From Trichosphaerium sp. ATCC 40318 (taxonomy: Eukaryota; Protista; Tubulinea), in contig JALMLS010000455.1 of the NCBI GenBank assembly GCA_038496445.1, forward strand, positions 248,001 to 312,000: a stretch of DNA of 64,000 nucleotides. The letters run 5' to 3'. Positions within the stretch are counted from its first letter, which is position 1. The number at the start of each line of letters is the position of its first letter. The position numbers were made by a program, and so were the translations under genes. Under the pieces are notes generated by a model. It saw nothing but the letters and a program-made list of their open reading frames with translations, did no database searches and had not been told where the DNA came from. This document shows, in pieces, positions 27,396 through 37,952 of this stretch.

Positions 27396-28292
27396 TTACT
27401 TCAGAACTACTCCGAACATTACACCATTAATGACAGCAATTATTGTGACAACGATTGCACAGGCGAGGTTCATAAAACCTGCTTGTCTAGAAGTTGTTAA
27501 AATTGTAATGCGCGTATGCACGTGAAGTAATGAAGATAACTTTTGCAAGTAGTAATTGTAATGCACGTGTTAAAACCTGAGGGACGTAGAAAACCCGTAC
27601 CTTGCAGCAGAATTTGAAGAAAAGACGAAGAAAGCTCCAATAAACCACGGGAGAAACAGACAAAATCCAGCAAGTAACCTACACGTGGATGTGAGGTTGA
27701 TTAATATACTTCGATTGTCAACGTACAAACAAAGAGGTATGGTAGGCCCACCACATGTTTTTCTGGTGTCATGACTAAAATCAAATAAGCTTAAGTCTGT
27801 CGAACAGATAACTAAAAACAAATGCTACAAAGAAAAGTTTATACCAGAGCATAAAATTATGAGTTTTCTTAGGTACGATTTGTCGGCAAACTCCTGTCGG
27901 GACAAAACAGCCAATTATGTACCATTTCTTAGATCGTAGGCGAGAAAAACTCAAAATTTTCCAAAATGTCATGAAACCCGACACACGAATTTGACTTCGT
28001 ATCGAAAAAGCAATAGCAGAAGCAAATCCTCCGTAAGAAATTGTTTCCTTATCGCCTTGGGTTCGTTTTGGGTATTTGACAAAAAACTGGCTATTTCGGA
28101 TTGATTATCGTACATCACCACAGCAGCCTGTTCTGGCTGTGCAGTAGCAACATATTGTTGTTGTGGGGCAGCTACTGGGTGTCCTTGAACAACTTCGGTT
28201 TGTGTTTTCATTTCAAAAGTTTGTTCTGCTGGTGGAGTATACACCTGTTGAGGAGGAGGTGTGTAAGGGTTCTGAGCATACGGAGAATCCAT
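27396..28292 (-). CDS. Pro/Gln/Tyr-rich small membrane protein, paralog D (4 exons)
   Basis: MDSPYAQNPY...QAAVVI|HDTRKTCGGPTIPLCL|LLAGFCLFLPWFIGAFFVFSSNSAAR|QAGFMNLACAIVVTIIAVINGVMFGVVLK*. Confidence 0.8.
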
Positions 28293-28690
28293 CTGTTGCT
28301 TCACTTGTTTATTTATTCACGTGATAGTGTTCATTTTAATAAGAAGTCGATTGACCACTTTTTGTTTTGTAATAACTACAATACCAATAGATAAGACAAC
28401 CCACGTATTGTGAGTTACGTTCACAATACAACTTAAGGTCTAATTTTCCCAAGTGTTTATTACAAAATTAGTTGTTTTTTCTTTTCTCGTGTCTTTGCAT
28501 TGGTTTTATTTCTCCGATGCTCCCGTTGATCTACACATTGTTGTGATCTACCAGCCATCGCACGAGCAAACAAATACGACCTAGTTATGAAGACATGCTG
28601 TAAGTCTGTACCCAACTTCAGGTGATGTACGGCACAGTTGCATTTTTACTTGAAATATTGCGAAGCAATTTGGTGAATCTATTACGTACT

Positions 28691-29519
28691 TCAAACTACT
28701 CTGGATGTTAATAAATCTTTACCACGTTCTCCATCACTGAATATACAATGCATTGCCAGATATCCATCAGCATGCCAATACTTACATTCTCCGTGTAACG
28801 AACCTTTTCTGAAATTTAACTTTGAAAGAAGTTTACCTTTGTCGCTCCAGTATAAACACAAACCATCTCTTAAATCATTTTTGTGATCACTTTCTTCTAC
28901 AAGTTGTCCATTTGATGACCATATTCTACGCTTTCCTTCAAGCTTATCCATAACATACGTGCCTTGTACATTAAGCAACTTGTTTGGATGAAATTTCCGG
29001 AAAGAACCATGCAAAAAACCATTAACATAAGTGCAAGCTGTAAAAATATTTCCACTTAGATAATAAGAATACCAATGTCCGTGTTTTTTAAGTTCCGGAG
29101 AAAACCGAGAAGCTACAGCCATTTTTTTGGATGAAACTGGTAATTTTATGTAAGCATCCTTTGATAAATGTGTTACGATCGATAGAACACGTGGTGGTAA
29201 ATCATACAATAAAGGACGAGCTACAAGGTTTCCATCTTTGAAAAAACATTTTTGTCTTTGTTCGCCCTTAAAACCACGTATCCACGTGCCATTCTTTTTA
29301 CACGCACGTGTAAATCTTTTAGAAAGAACAGCTGTTTGTTTTGATAATAATGGCCAATTGTAGTACACCTCGGTGTCCATACTGCATATCACGTGTTGAA
29401 GTTCGCTTGGTAAGGAGTACAACCTGTTTTAGATCAACTTTATTTCCTTGCTAATCTAACGTTACGTACGACGACTGTAGTACTCGTGCATGCGATTCAA
29501 GGGGTCTTTTAGCAGCCAT
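28691..29519 (-). CDS. Double F-box-like + MORN-variant (YwqK-like) repeat protein
   Basis: Exon 1 MAAKRPLESHARVLQSS, one intron (~29424-29469), then LYSLPSELQHVI... and LYDLPPRVLSIV.... These are followed by MORN_2-type repeats (HGHWYSYYLSGN, LHGSFRKFHPN, LEGKRRIWSSNGQL, RDGLCLYWSDKGKL, LHGECKYWHADG). Confidence 0.8.
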
Positions 29520-29767
29520 ATTTTAATTAACGGAATCCGTAAGTCAAAACTTTGATTCCGCCGAATAGTTGGTGAGCTGAAGTGGTAACACAAATATTTT
29601 ACCAAGTGTATAAAACAGGTTCTGATTCTTTGAACTTGAATTTCTGCTACAGAAATGGTGTAGAGGAGACATTTGGTAGAGTGCAAAGTATTGCCTCGGA
29701 TTTAAAAATAAGTCAATGCGCATAATCAAGATTTACTGGTGATGAATGTGGCATGTATACTTTCCCG

Positions 29768-31701
29768 TCATGAAGTCATCTTCACAGCTAAATGCGGCAG
29801 CAAGTTGCTACCAGTATCGAAAAGACACGGAAGAGACAAGGCTTTTTTTGTTTTACAAATCTTTATTTTTTGCTGCTAGCTCCTCTGAAAATTTAACAGC
29901 ACGTTCTGGGTTCTCATATACAATACTTTTTGAATGTTTTGTACTTGATATTGTTCTCATCTTAGACTTACTTTTCTTTATCTTTGATGGTTCACTACCC
30001 GAATGCTTACGACTACGCTTAAAAGACCTCTTTTTATCAAGTGCTTTACCTACTTTTGGAATCATTGCAGAAACACTCTTCGACTCCAAACCGCCCTTAA
30101 AAAAGTCAACAAGAAAAAACTAAACATACAGAAGCTCGTAGGTGGTACACAGAGTATGCCCTTTTTTTTTCCGTAAAAATATTGATACTGGACATTTTCT
30201 TTCAATAAAACATGATTACTTTTTAAGCAACAGAAGTTCATGAAACAGAAAAAATGAGAAAAAAAGATTTGAAGTTTGGTTTTTTTTTTGGTTTGTTAAA
30301 CAAATCACGTACGTGAAGATGAGGTAATACCCATCCAAAGTGTTTCAGTAAAGCATCAATATGAGGTATTGTCTTACCAAGCTTTGGTATCAAAACATCC
30401 AAGTGTTTAATAAACTGATCCATAAAAGGTAAAAGTCTATCAATATGAGGAAGCAATGCTCCCAAATGTGGTGCCAGCGCGTCCATATGAGGACATAAGT
30501 CATCTAAATAAGGTACTAATCCCTCAACATGTTCGTTATTCTTTGTATAAGGAAGAATAGCATCAGCATGCTTAAGCAAAACTGGCAAGTGAGGTAATAA
30601 TGCTTCTTTGTGAAATAAAATAATATCCAAGTTTCCGACAACTGTTTCAACATTTCTTTTTGATAAAAGTACATCAAGACTTGGTCTTATAGTAGGTAAT
30701 AAAGGCATAATATCATCAAGGTGCGGAGCGATTCTTGGAAAGTGTTCAGTGATAACAGGAATGTTATCATTAAGTGCGTCTAAGTTAAGTGATATTGCAT
30801 CCAAATGGTCTAAGACATGATCGAAATAAGGTGCTATATTATCGAAATTTATAAATATCTGATCAGCGTGTTTGAAAATATCATGAAAGTGAGGTTCTAG
30901 TTTATCAATATTTCGACTAAGAAAAATATAAGAAAAATGACTAAAGGGCTTATTTGTTCGAATTCTACCATTGAAAGTGGGCTAAAAGGATTGACACTGC
31001 AGCAATATAAAAATGTTTCATCAAGTATGTAAATAAATTGAATAATGTGTATCACATAGTGAATACTATTTTGTACGTAGGTTTTTAATGTTTTCAGAAA
31101 AGCTGTCAAACCACTTTTTTGGCTCCCTTGTTTATACGTACACTATTAAATCAAAGTGAGGTAACAGAGAACGTTTGTGCTCTTTGATAGTATGAAGATA
31201 AGGAAGAACTGTATCCAAGTGTTTCATAATTATATCCAGATTTGGAACAAAAACAAACTTGTTTGTTAGAATAAAGTCTAAATGAGGTGAAAGCTTATCA
31301 ATGTTTTCGAAAATTTTAGGAAAGTGAGGCACTAAATCATCAAGAACTTCCAATATTGAGAAGATATGTGGGTACAATGTCGGTGAATTTTGTAAGATAT
31401 ATCCTCTGTACTCCCACAACTTATATTTTTGTCTGTAAACTGAAAAAATAGTATGACGCAACATTGAAGAAGGATTCTAAACAAAAATGTCAATGTTACT
31501 AAATTATGTGCCAATGAAAAAAAAGAAAAACGCCTTGAGCATATGCAATGAACCGTATACGTGATAAAAATAGTATTCACAGCACTTTTTAAAAAATAGG
31601 AGCACAGTAAAGTGGTTTTTCTGGAACAACTTTTTTCATCAATGTACCCTTTCAACAGGTGGAGGCTTCGTGTTTTGGTATTGATATTCATATTCCGCCA
31701 T
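29768..31701 (-). CDS. Hypothetical protein with many (L/I)xPH(L/F)DxL repeats and a Lys/Ser-rich tail
   Basis: Spliced MAEYEYQYQNTKPPPVER|NPSSMLRHTIF..., then ORFs 31132-31464 and 30238-30804 (repeated PHLD/PYLD/PHID/KHLD units), and basic tail ORF 29853-30089. Confidence 0.65.
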
Positions 31702-32059
31702 TGAAGGTAGCTAATGAAGGTGTCAAATGTAGATACGCGGATATAATTATGCCGATACCCGACTCAAAAAAAGAGGTACGGAACAACAAGGTATGCAAAT
31801 CCTTGTAACGGGAAAAGTGTAAACCGGACAAATGTAGAGCCGCCAAAAAAATACTGAAACAATCTTCAACGTGCCTGTGGCGCATGGTTTATGCCGCTCC
31901 TACGCGCTTGGCGTACTTTACGTTGCTTCCGGTAGAATTTAATATCCGCGCTCTCTGTAAACGCCAAGAATCCCTGAGGTTCCGATTGCACCCTAACACC
32001 AAGGCCGGTTAGCGTACAGTTAAATGTCAGAAACAGGTTTTATGAGAAATACACAAAGC

Positions 32060-32332
32060 TTACTTTTCAGGCGTTTCTTGCTTCTTTTTAGGCTTTTTTG
32101 GGGTAGCACTATTGTTTGCATCTGTTCTAACCATTACAACAAATTTGTCTGCAAAATACATCATAAGCAGGCCACCAACCATAATACCGCTAAAAAAAGC
32201 GATGATTGGGTTTACTAAAGCCGTTAATGACATTTTGTATGTTATCTGGACTAAAATTAAGAACGCACAAGCCAGCCACCACATTAATCCTACAGGCGCG
32301 TATAGGTAATCAAGAATTACAGCGTAAAGCAT
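32060..32332 (-). CDS. Small 2-TM membrane protein, basic C-terminus
   Basis: Single 90-aa ORF with two hydrophobic segments and a KKPKKKQETPEK tail. Confidence 0.5.
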   Translation of the reverse strand: MLYAVILDYLYAPVGLMWWLACAFLILVQITYKMSLTALVNPIIAFFSGIMVGGLLMMYFADKFVVMVRTDANNSATPKKPKKKQETPEK

Positions 32333-32584
32333 TTACGTTAAAGTATGCCCGAAATGGCAAAACACCTACGCCTTTACCTGTCTCCGCTCGCTATAGCTAA
32401 TTATCCTTAAATAGACCAGCTTTGAATAAGTCAGAGCAAGTATTGAACTAAGTTGTAAGTTGTAAAACGTATTTCTTTGGAATAAACCTGTGAGACACTA
32501 AGAGTAGCTACAAATGCGGCGAATTCTTATTAATACGCGTATGAGACCACTACTGTGTCTTTATTTTAATGTACTGGTTATTAG

Positions 32585-35517
32585 ATGAAATCTGTTGCTA
32601 GATTCACCGCTAAATACAATAAAAGACAAGGTAATAGCGTTACTGATACATTTCACGCGTTAATTACACTTTTGATTGAAACTTGTTTACACATACAATA
32701 GCGGAAAAACTCCCGCCGTATTCAGACTTTTATGACAGCGACAAACTGTTTTTTGACCAATACGCCCAAACAGTTAAGCTCAAAACGCTATGCGATTGGT
32801 ATTCTGTTTCTCTCCTTTCTATATGCGAACGTGGTGGGCGTAGTGTAATATCTAGGTATTATCCGCCACAACTCCACAAATTTCTGCCTCTGACTTCTGA
32901 TATACTCCTAGATACCGAAATAGCGTACTCATGGCTCTGGAGACTAATTATCCTGAATATGAATGGGATTGGCAGCGTTTTGGGTTAGTGACAGCAGTTT
33001 GTTCGAAACTAATGTAGATCTATAAGCCGATTGCCTCGAGGGTTTTGGGACGATAAGGAGTCACACGTGGATGAAGTGGATGGTATAGGTGAACTACTTG
33101 GTGTTAAGGTACTAGATGATTGGTACGATATAAACACACGTGCCATACTTACTTCACGACCTGCTGCACATAACTTGCTTCAACTGTACGAAATGAGTTG
33201 CAAAAAACACGTTTGTTTTGACTTCACTCTAGGTACAACAAGTCTATCCCTTCGCTTCTTGAAGCAATATACCCTCACCATAGTTGGGATTTGGTTCGCT
33301 TTAGGTAAAATATAGCACAAAGAGAGTATTTTAAATCAGATTGTTCTTGACAGAGTTTAGAGCGACACCACGTGATATTTGGAGAAGTAAAGCTAGTAGA
33401 CGACGTAAACTAGACTCAGCTGCTGAAAAACTTGACATCAAAACTGCTTGTGATTGGTACAATGTAAAATACGTACAATTACAGAAACTTGGGGTTGGCG
33501 GAGTGTTATCAAAGTAAGACCAAAATGCCAACATCCTAATTTCTTATTTTTTTCTTACTTATTACGTAGTTATGCTGGTGTTATGTATGCTCTTGAAGAT
33601 CTTTTTCCAGAGTATAAGTGGGAGCGAAGGCGATACTTGTACGATAAAGTTGTGTTAAAACAATGTGTTTGATTAGTACTTACCTGATTTCTTTCAAAAA
33701 ACAGGCCTCCAGTTGCATCAGCAGATCAGAGCGTTTATGTAGATAAGTTTAATGACCTGGGGCTAAAACTATGTATAAAGAATTTGGATCAATGGTATGA
33801 CTTGCTTCCGCATCAGTTGAAAATTGTAACTGCCGATGATTTGATAACAAGGTATGATCAATTCATTCAGTGTAGTAGTTTTTTGATTATAGAGTTGTAG
33901 CGCAAATTCTGTATCAAAAGGATTACTCTATGCATTCCCAGATCATAAATGGACAGTATCAAAATTCACGTACGTGTTTTTAGTGCTGTATATTGAAAAA
34001 TAAGTCAAAAGGACATAAATTAGAACGTGCACTAAAGTAATTCCAAAGGACTTATCAAAAAGTTATATTGTTTTTTTTCAGTAAGTTTTTAAGCATGTGT
34101 AGCTCTGGACCATATGACTATTGGATTGAAAATCAACGATATCGTTTAGAATCTATGGCTCCCTTACTGGATATCAAAATTATTGACGATTGGCAGTATG
34201 TTTCAGTAACTAGGCTACGCCAAGTTGGCTTAAATGATATTCTTGCAAGGTAGTGTTTCTTTAACTCGCAATTAACTGAACTTCTTACTTTTAAGGTATG
34301 GCACACCCAAGAAAATGTTAAAATCAATATACTACGAGTTTGAATGGAGATTTACGTATACACCATTTGGACACTGGTCAAAACCAAAGAACCAAGTATC
34401 TTTCTTGACAAAATTAGCCAATCGATTTAATATTCAATCTCCAGAACATTGGTACTTTTTATATACTTTCAAAAAAACAAAGTCTACAGAGTACTTTGAC
34501 AAGAAAAAAAATAACATCTAGATACTCTTATAACGTGATTTGTTATCAAAACTGGAGTGAAAGCTCGATCATCAAAAAAAAATGTGGCAACTTTTAAAGT
34601 GTCATTTCTTTCACTTGTTTTCTTACTTATTTCTTCTTTTTTTTTAATCCTCATGCGTTTAGGTATCGGTTATCAGATGACGACATAATAAGTACAGCAG
34701 GCGGGCCAGGTTTCTTGCAATATTATCCAAAAAGCCTTAAAATATTCAATCCAAGTGTAAAATGGGATTGGAACCTATTTTTTGGGTATCGTAAAAAGTC
34801 AAAGCAACGGTACGTCTGTCTTCTTTCGTTAATTTAAACGTTTTGACTACAGAGATTTACTAACCCGGAAAAATAGGCTTCTGTTTACTAGCTTACAAAA
34901 GCTTTTTCCTTCTAGTCAAATTGTTGAAGAACATTTGATAAGTACAAGTGGTGTGCGGTTGAGTCTTGATGTATACATTGCGGAGTATAATTTAGCACTA
35001 GAATACCAAGGTACGTAACCTGTGAAGGATATATTATGCAACAAAAAAGTTACTGTTGCTCTCTTAGATTCTTGTTTTAACTTGCATTTAACTTGTTTAT
35101 TTTCAGGTGAACAACATTATCATGATGCTATATTCCCTCACAGTCCGCCTACTATAAAAAATGAGGCACTTGATAATCTAAAACTGCAACAGTGTGAAAA
35201 CGCCGGTACGAAAAAAAATCCGTTTCAACTTTTTTTTTCTTCTTTTATTCTTACTAATGTTACTTAAGGTATATCCCTTGTTCGAATACCTTACTGGTAC
35301 GTTAGATGAAATCACTTTACACCTTTTGATGAAACAAACATATTCTTCTAGGTGGCCTGGTGATTTGGATAGCTTGATGGCAACCATTTTGTACATAAAG
35401 CCTGATATAAAGTTTGATAGACCGTGTACATCTTTACCACTTGGCAATATTCCCATCACAGATACAAGTAAGAAATTATATAGTTACTATTCAAATGATA
35501 GTGTATTTAGGAAGTAA
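32585..35517 (+). CDS. Tandem ~70-aa 'DWY' repeat protein (6 repeats) with C-terminal PD-(D/E)xK / DUF559-Vsr-like nuclease domain, paralog 1
   Basis: Phase-consistent splicing gives six units with consensus P..(F/Y)W....(Q)R..LD.L...L.IK.L.DWY.V....L...G...LL..Y......L...YP.Y.W...F. These are followed by SKQRLLFTSLQKLFP...SLDVYIAEYNLALEYQG|EQHY...DNLKLQQCENAG|ISLVRIPYW|WPGDLDSLMATI. Confidence 0.85.
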
Positions 35518-35653
35518 CACTGTTGCTCTTATGATGCCTAATCCGACAATGGCATAGACGCAAGAAAACATTCCAAAAAGAATTTGAAAAATATAATGGT
35601 TTACTTAATTAAGTTTTTGAGCTAACACTCAGACGTTATCCAAAAAAAAGAAT

Positions 35654-36675
35654 CTAATGAGGAGTCTTTGGTCCACGGATTTGTCCAGATCCAGCAACAT
35701 CAAGTTTAGGAGCATCTATTTAAAACATGTAAATAGTCTCTTCGATACAAGTTCAAATAAGTTGAAAAAAAAACTTACTCATTGCTTGTTGAAAAGCAAT
35801 ACCACCAATATCATGGGAAGCACCAGTTTGACTTTCACCTATTACATGCCTTGTTAGTTTTGGCCAGATAGAAGAGAAACGTGTTCATCAGTACCTCTAA
35901 TTTGGCCGGAACCTGCTACTTCTAACTTTGGTGCGTCTGTATTCTTATTAGTCGTCTACTATCACAAATCTTGATTTTTTCAAAATCACGTACTCATAGC
36001 TTGTTTAAATGCCATTCCGCCAATACCATGTGAATGAGGAGCAGCACCAGACGTCTCAGTGTTGATTACACCAATACGGGGTGATTCTACAATTTCTGTT
36101 AATTACAGCCCAAGGGCAGTTTGTAGAACGCACTCATGACAACTTTATGGTGGTATGAATCAAGTCCATGGGAGTTTGCGCCACCAGCACGTAATTGCTC
36201 ATTGACAACTCCTAGTTTTGGTGCATCTTCATAGTTGTTTAGCTTAAGACGTTTAAAGGCGTAGTTGTCATACTTGTAGCGTTTTTAATGCTTGCATCTT
36301 CGGCGGTTCTCTTTCCAACTGCGCGTACGGAGTTTGATGTACCAGTCATAGGGTTATGATGTTTACAGTATACACCTCCCTATAAAGAAGTTAGTACTCA
36401 GCTAGTCAAAGTCGCAAATATAGAAAATACTCGCACAACTCGCGTTCCGGATGCTAGTATACGTACCTCATAATAGTAGTAGGTCCTCAAGGTTAGTTGC
36501 CAACCACATCCTGGGTTTTGACCTTGTGTGCATGTTAATAGAGCGTATTTGTCCAAAATAACGCACATTTGAAGCAACCTTTGTGGTATACTTGCTCTTT
36601 ACCAGGTGGACCGCATCTAACACCTTCTAATTGGTACACAGACTTCCCACATTTATTACACTTTCCAAGACGCAT
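35654..36675 (-). CDS. LimE-like LIM-domain protein with four A(M/T)NAPKL repeats
   Basis: LIM: MRLGKCNKCGKSVYQLEG...YHKGCFKC|QNPGCGWQLTLRTYYYYE|GGVYCKHH. Then KNATNAPKL, VVMKSPRI, QAMNAPKL, QAMNAPKL, which resemble the ALNAPK repeats of Dictyostelium LimE as I recall them. Confidence 0.85.
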
Positions 36676-36844
36676 CGTTCAACAACAGTACAATTATTTG
36701 TAGTTTGGGCATACCAGGGCAGCATTGTGCAAAAAAAAATTTGCCAGGGCTCTTTACATTTTAGGCTTGTTTTGGATTTAACAATCGTTTGAAACTATTT
36801 AAAACACGCTTTTATTGCTGTTTTGTGGTATCTTGTGTAGCTGG

Positions 36845-37770
36845 CTAGAAGCAAGTTGGGCTGACTTTTAGATAATGGAAAATCTTCAAGTATGCCATAG
36901 GTTGGAACTTTGTAGGGTCCTCATGGCGTACAAATGATCCATCTCTGGCTATTGTTTCTGCTGTGATTGGTGGAACATTTGGGCAATTTGCAAACATTGT
37001 AGCTATCTAAATCGACGAAAGAATAAATAAAACAACATTTGTCAAAATTTGGAAACAAAGATGTATACCCCTGTCGATAAAGCTTTCCTTGCTTCTTCAT
37101 GTTCTTTGGACCAGCAAGGTCCAATTTCTCCAGTGACAATACAAGCTTTAATGGCTTTATTAACCTTAACAAGGCCAGCCTAGATGAGCATTAAATGATA
37201 AAATGATACATTTTGTTCAAACGTACACGAATTAGAATATTCCCAACACGTGCTTTGTAACCCTATACAAGCAATAAGATACTTGATATGTAGGATTAAT
37301 ACTGTACCTCCATCACAACTGATTCTTTTACTGCTACAAGTGAGGACAGCTTACCAACCAATGCCTACAAGTTAACGAAAGTCTTTGCTTAATTTTTGGT
37401 GTAATTCGCGTACTCTCAGTTCGTCGTCTCCATGAACAGCTTGGTCACCTGTCACAAGGTAGCATCCTCCCTCTGGTATCTGTATGACGCGAATAAGGGG
37501 CTGTTAACGTGAAAACTCTTACCCCGTTACCGTGAATCAAGTAAACCCTCTGATTCTTACCATTGATGCTTTTATTAAACGTTTCAATGTGTAGTTGCCA
37601 CGGTTCGTTCTCTACTTCAACCTTTTGAACAAAAATGCTCAGAAATTGATCTCAATACCACACAGCATACCTGAACGCGAGGAAGTACGATATTGTTCTT
37701 CACAACAAAAAAAACGCGCTACACTTAAGTGTCAACCTACAGTGTTCCAATGAGAGCGTACCAACGCCAT
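36845..37770 (-). CDS. MED20: Mediator complex subunit 20-like
   Basis: Spliced WQLHIETFNKSINGKNQRVYLIHGNG|IPEGGCYLVTGDQAVHGDDELR|ALVGKL...VVME|GYKARVGNILIR|AGLVKVNKAIKACIVTGEIGPC. It aligns by eye with Med20 (G.RY.Y.DFLVKVG.V......GISVEVEYGPC). Confidence 0.6.
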
Positions 37771-37952
37771 GGGGCGTAGATTACGTAATACTGGCAACAA
37801 ACGTGTTCAAATACGACTAATCGTAAGCGCCAGGCACAGTAGTAACAAGCCGGTGTTCAAGAGAATGATTTTATTGTTAACGCGCCAGTATTAAGCAAGG
37901 TGATTGGCTTGACGCGGAATCAGTACAATCTCGCCAACTGATTCAGACACAT

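Noticed and set aside
28691-29422. Bacterial YwqK antitoxin / toxin-antitoxin locus
   Set aside because: It has a spliceosomal intron and F-box-like units with no toxin neighbour; the similarity is only to MORN-variant repeats.
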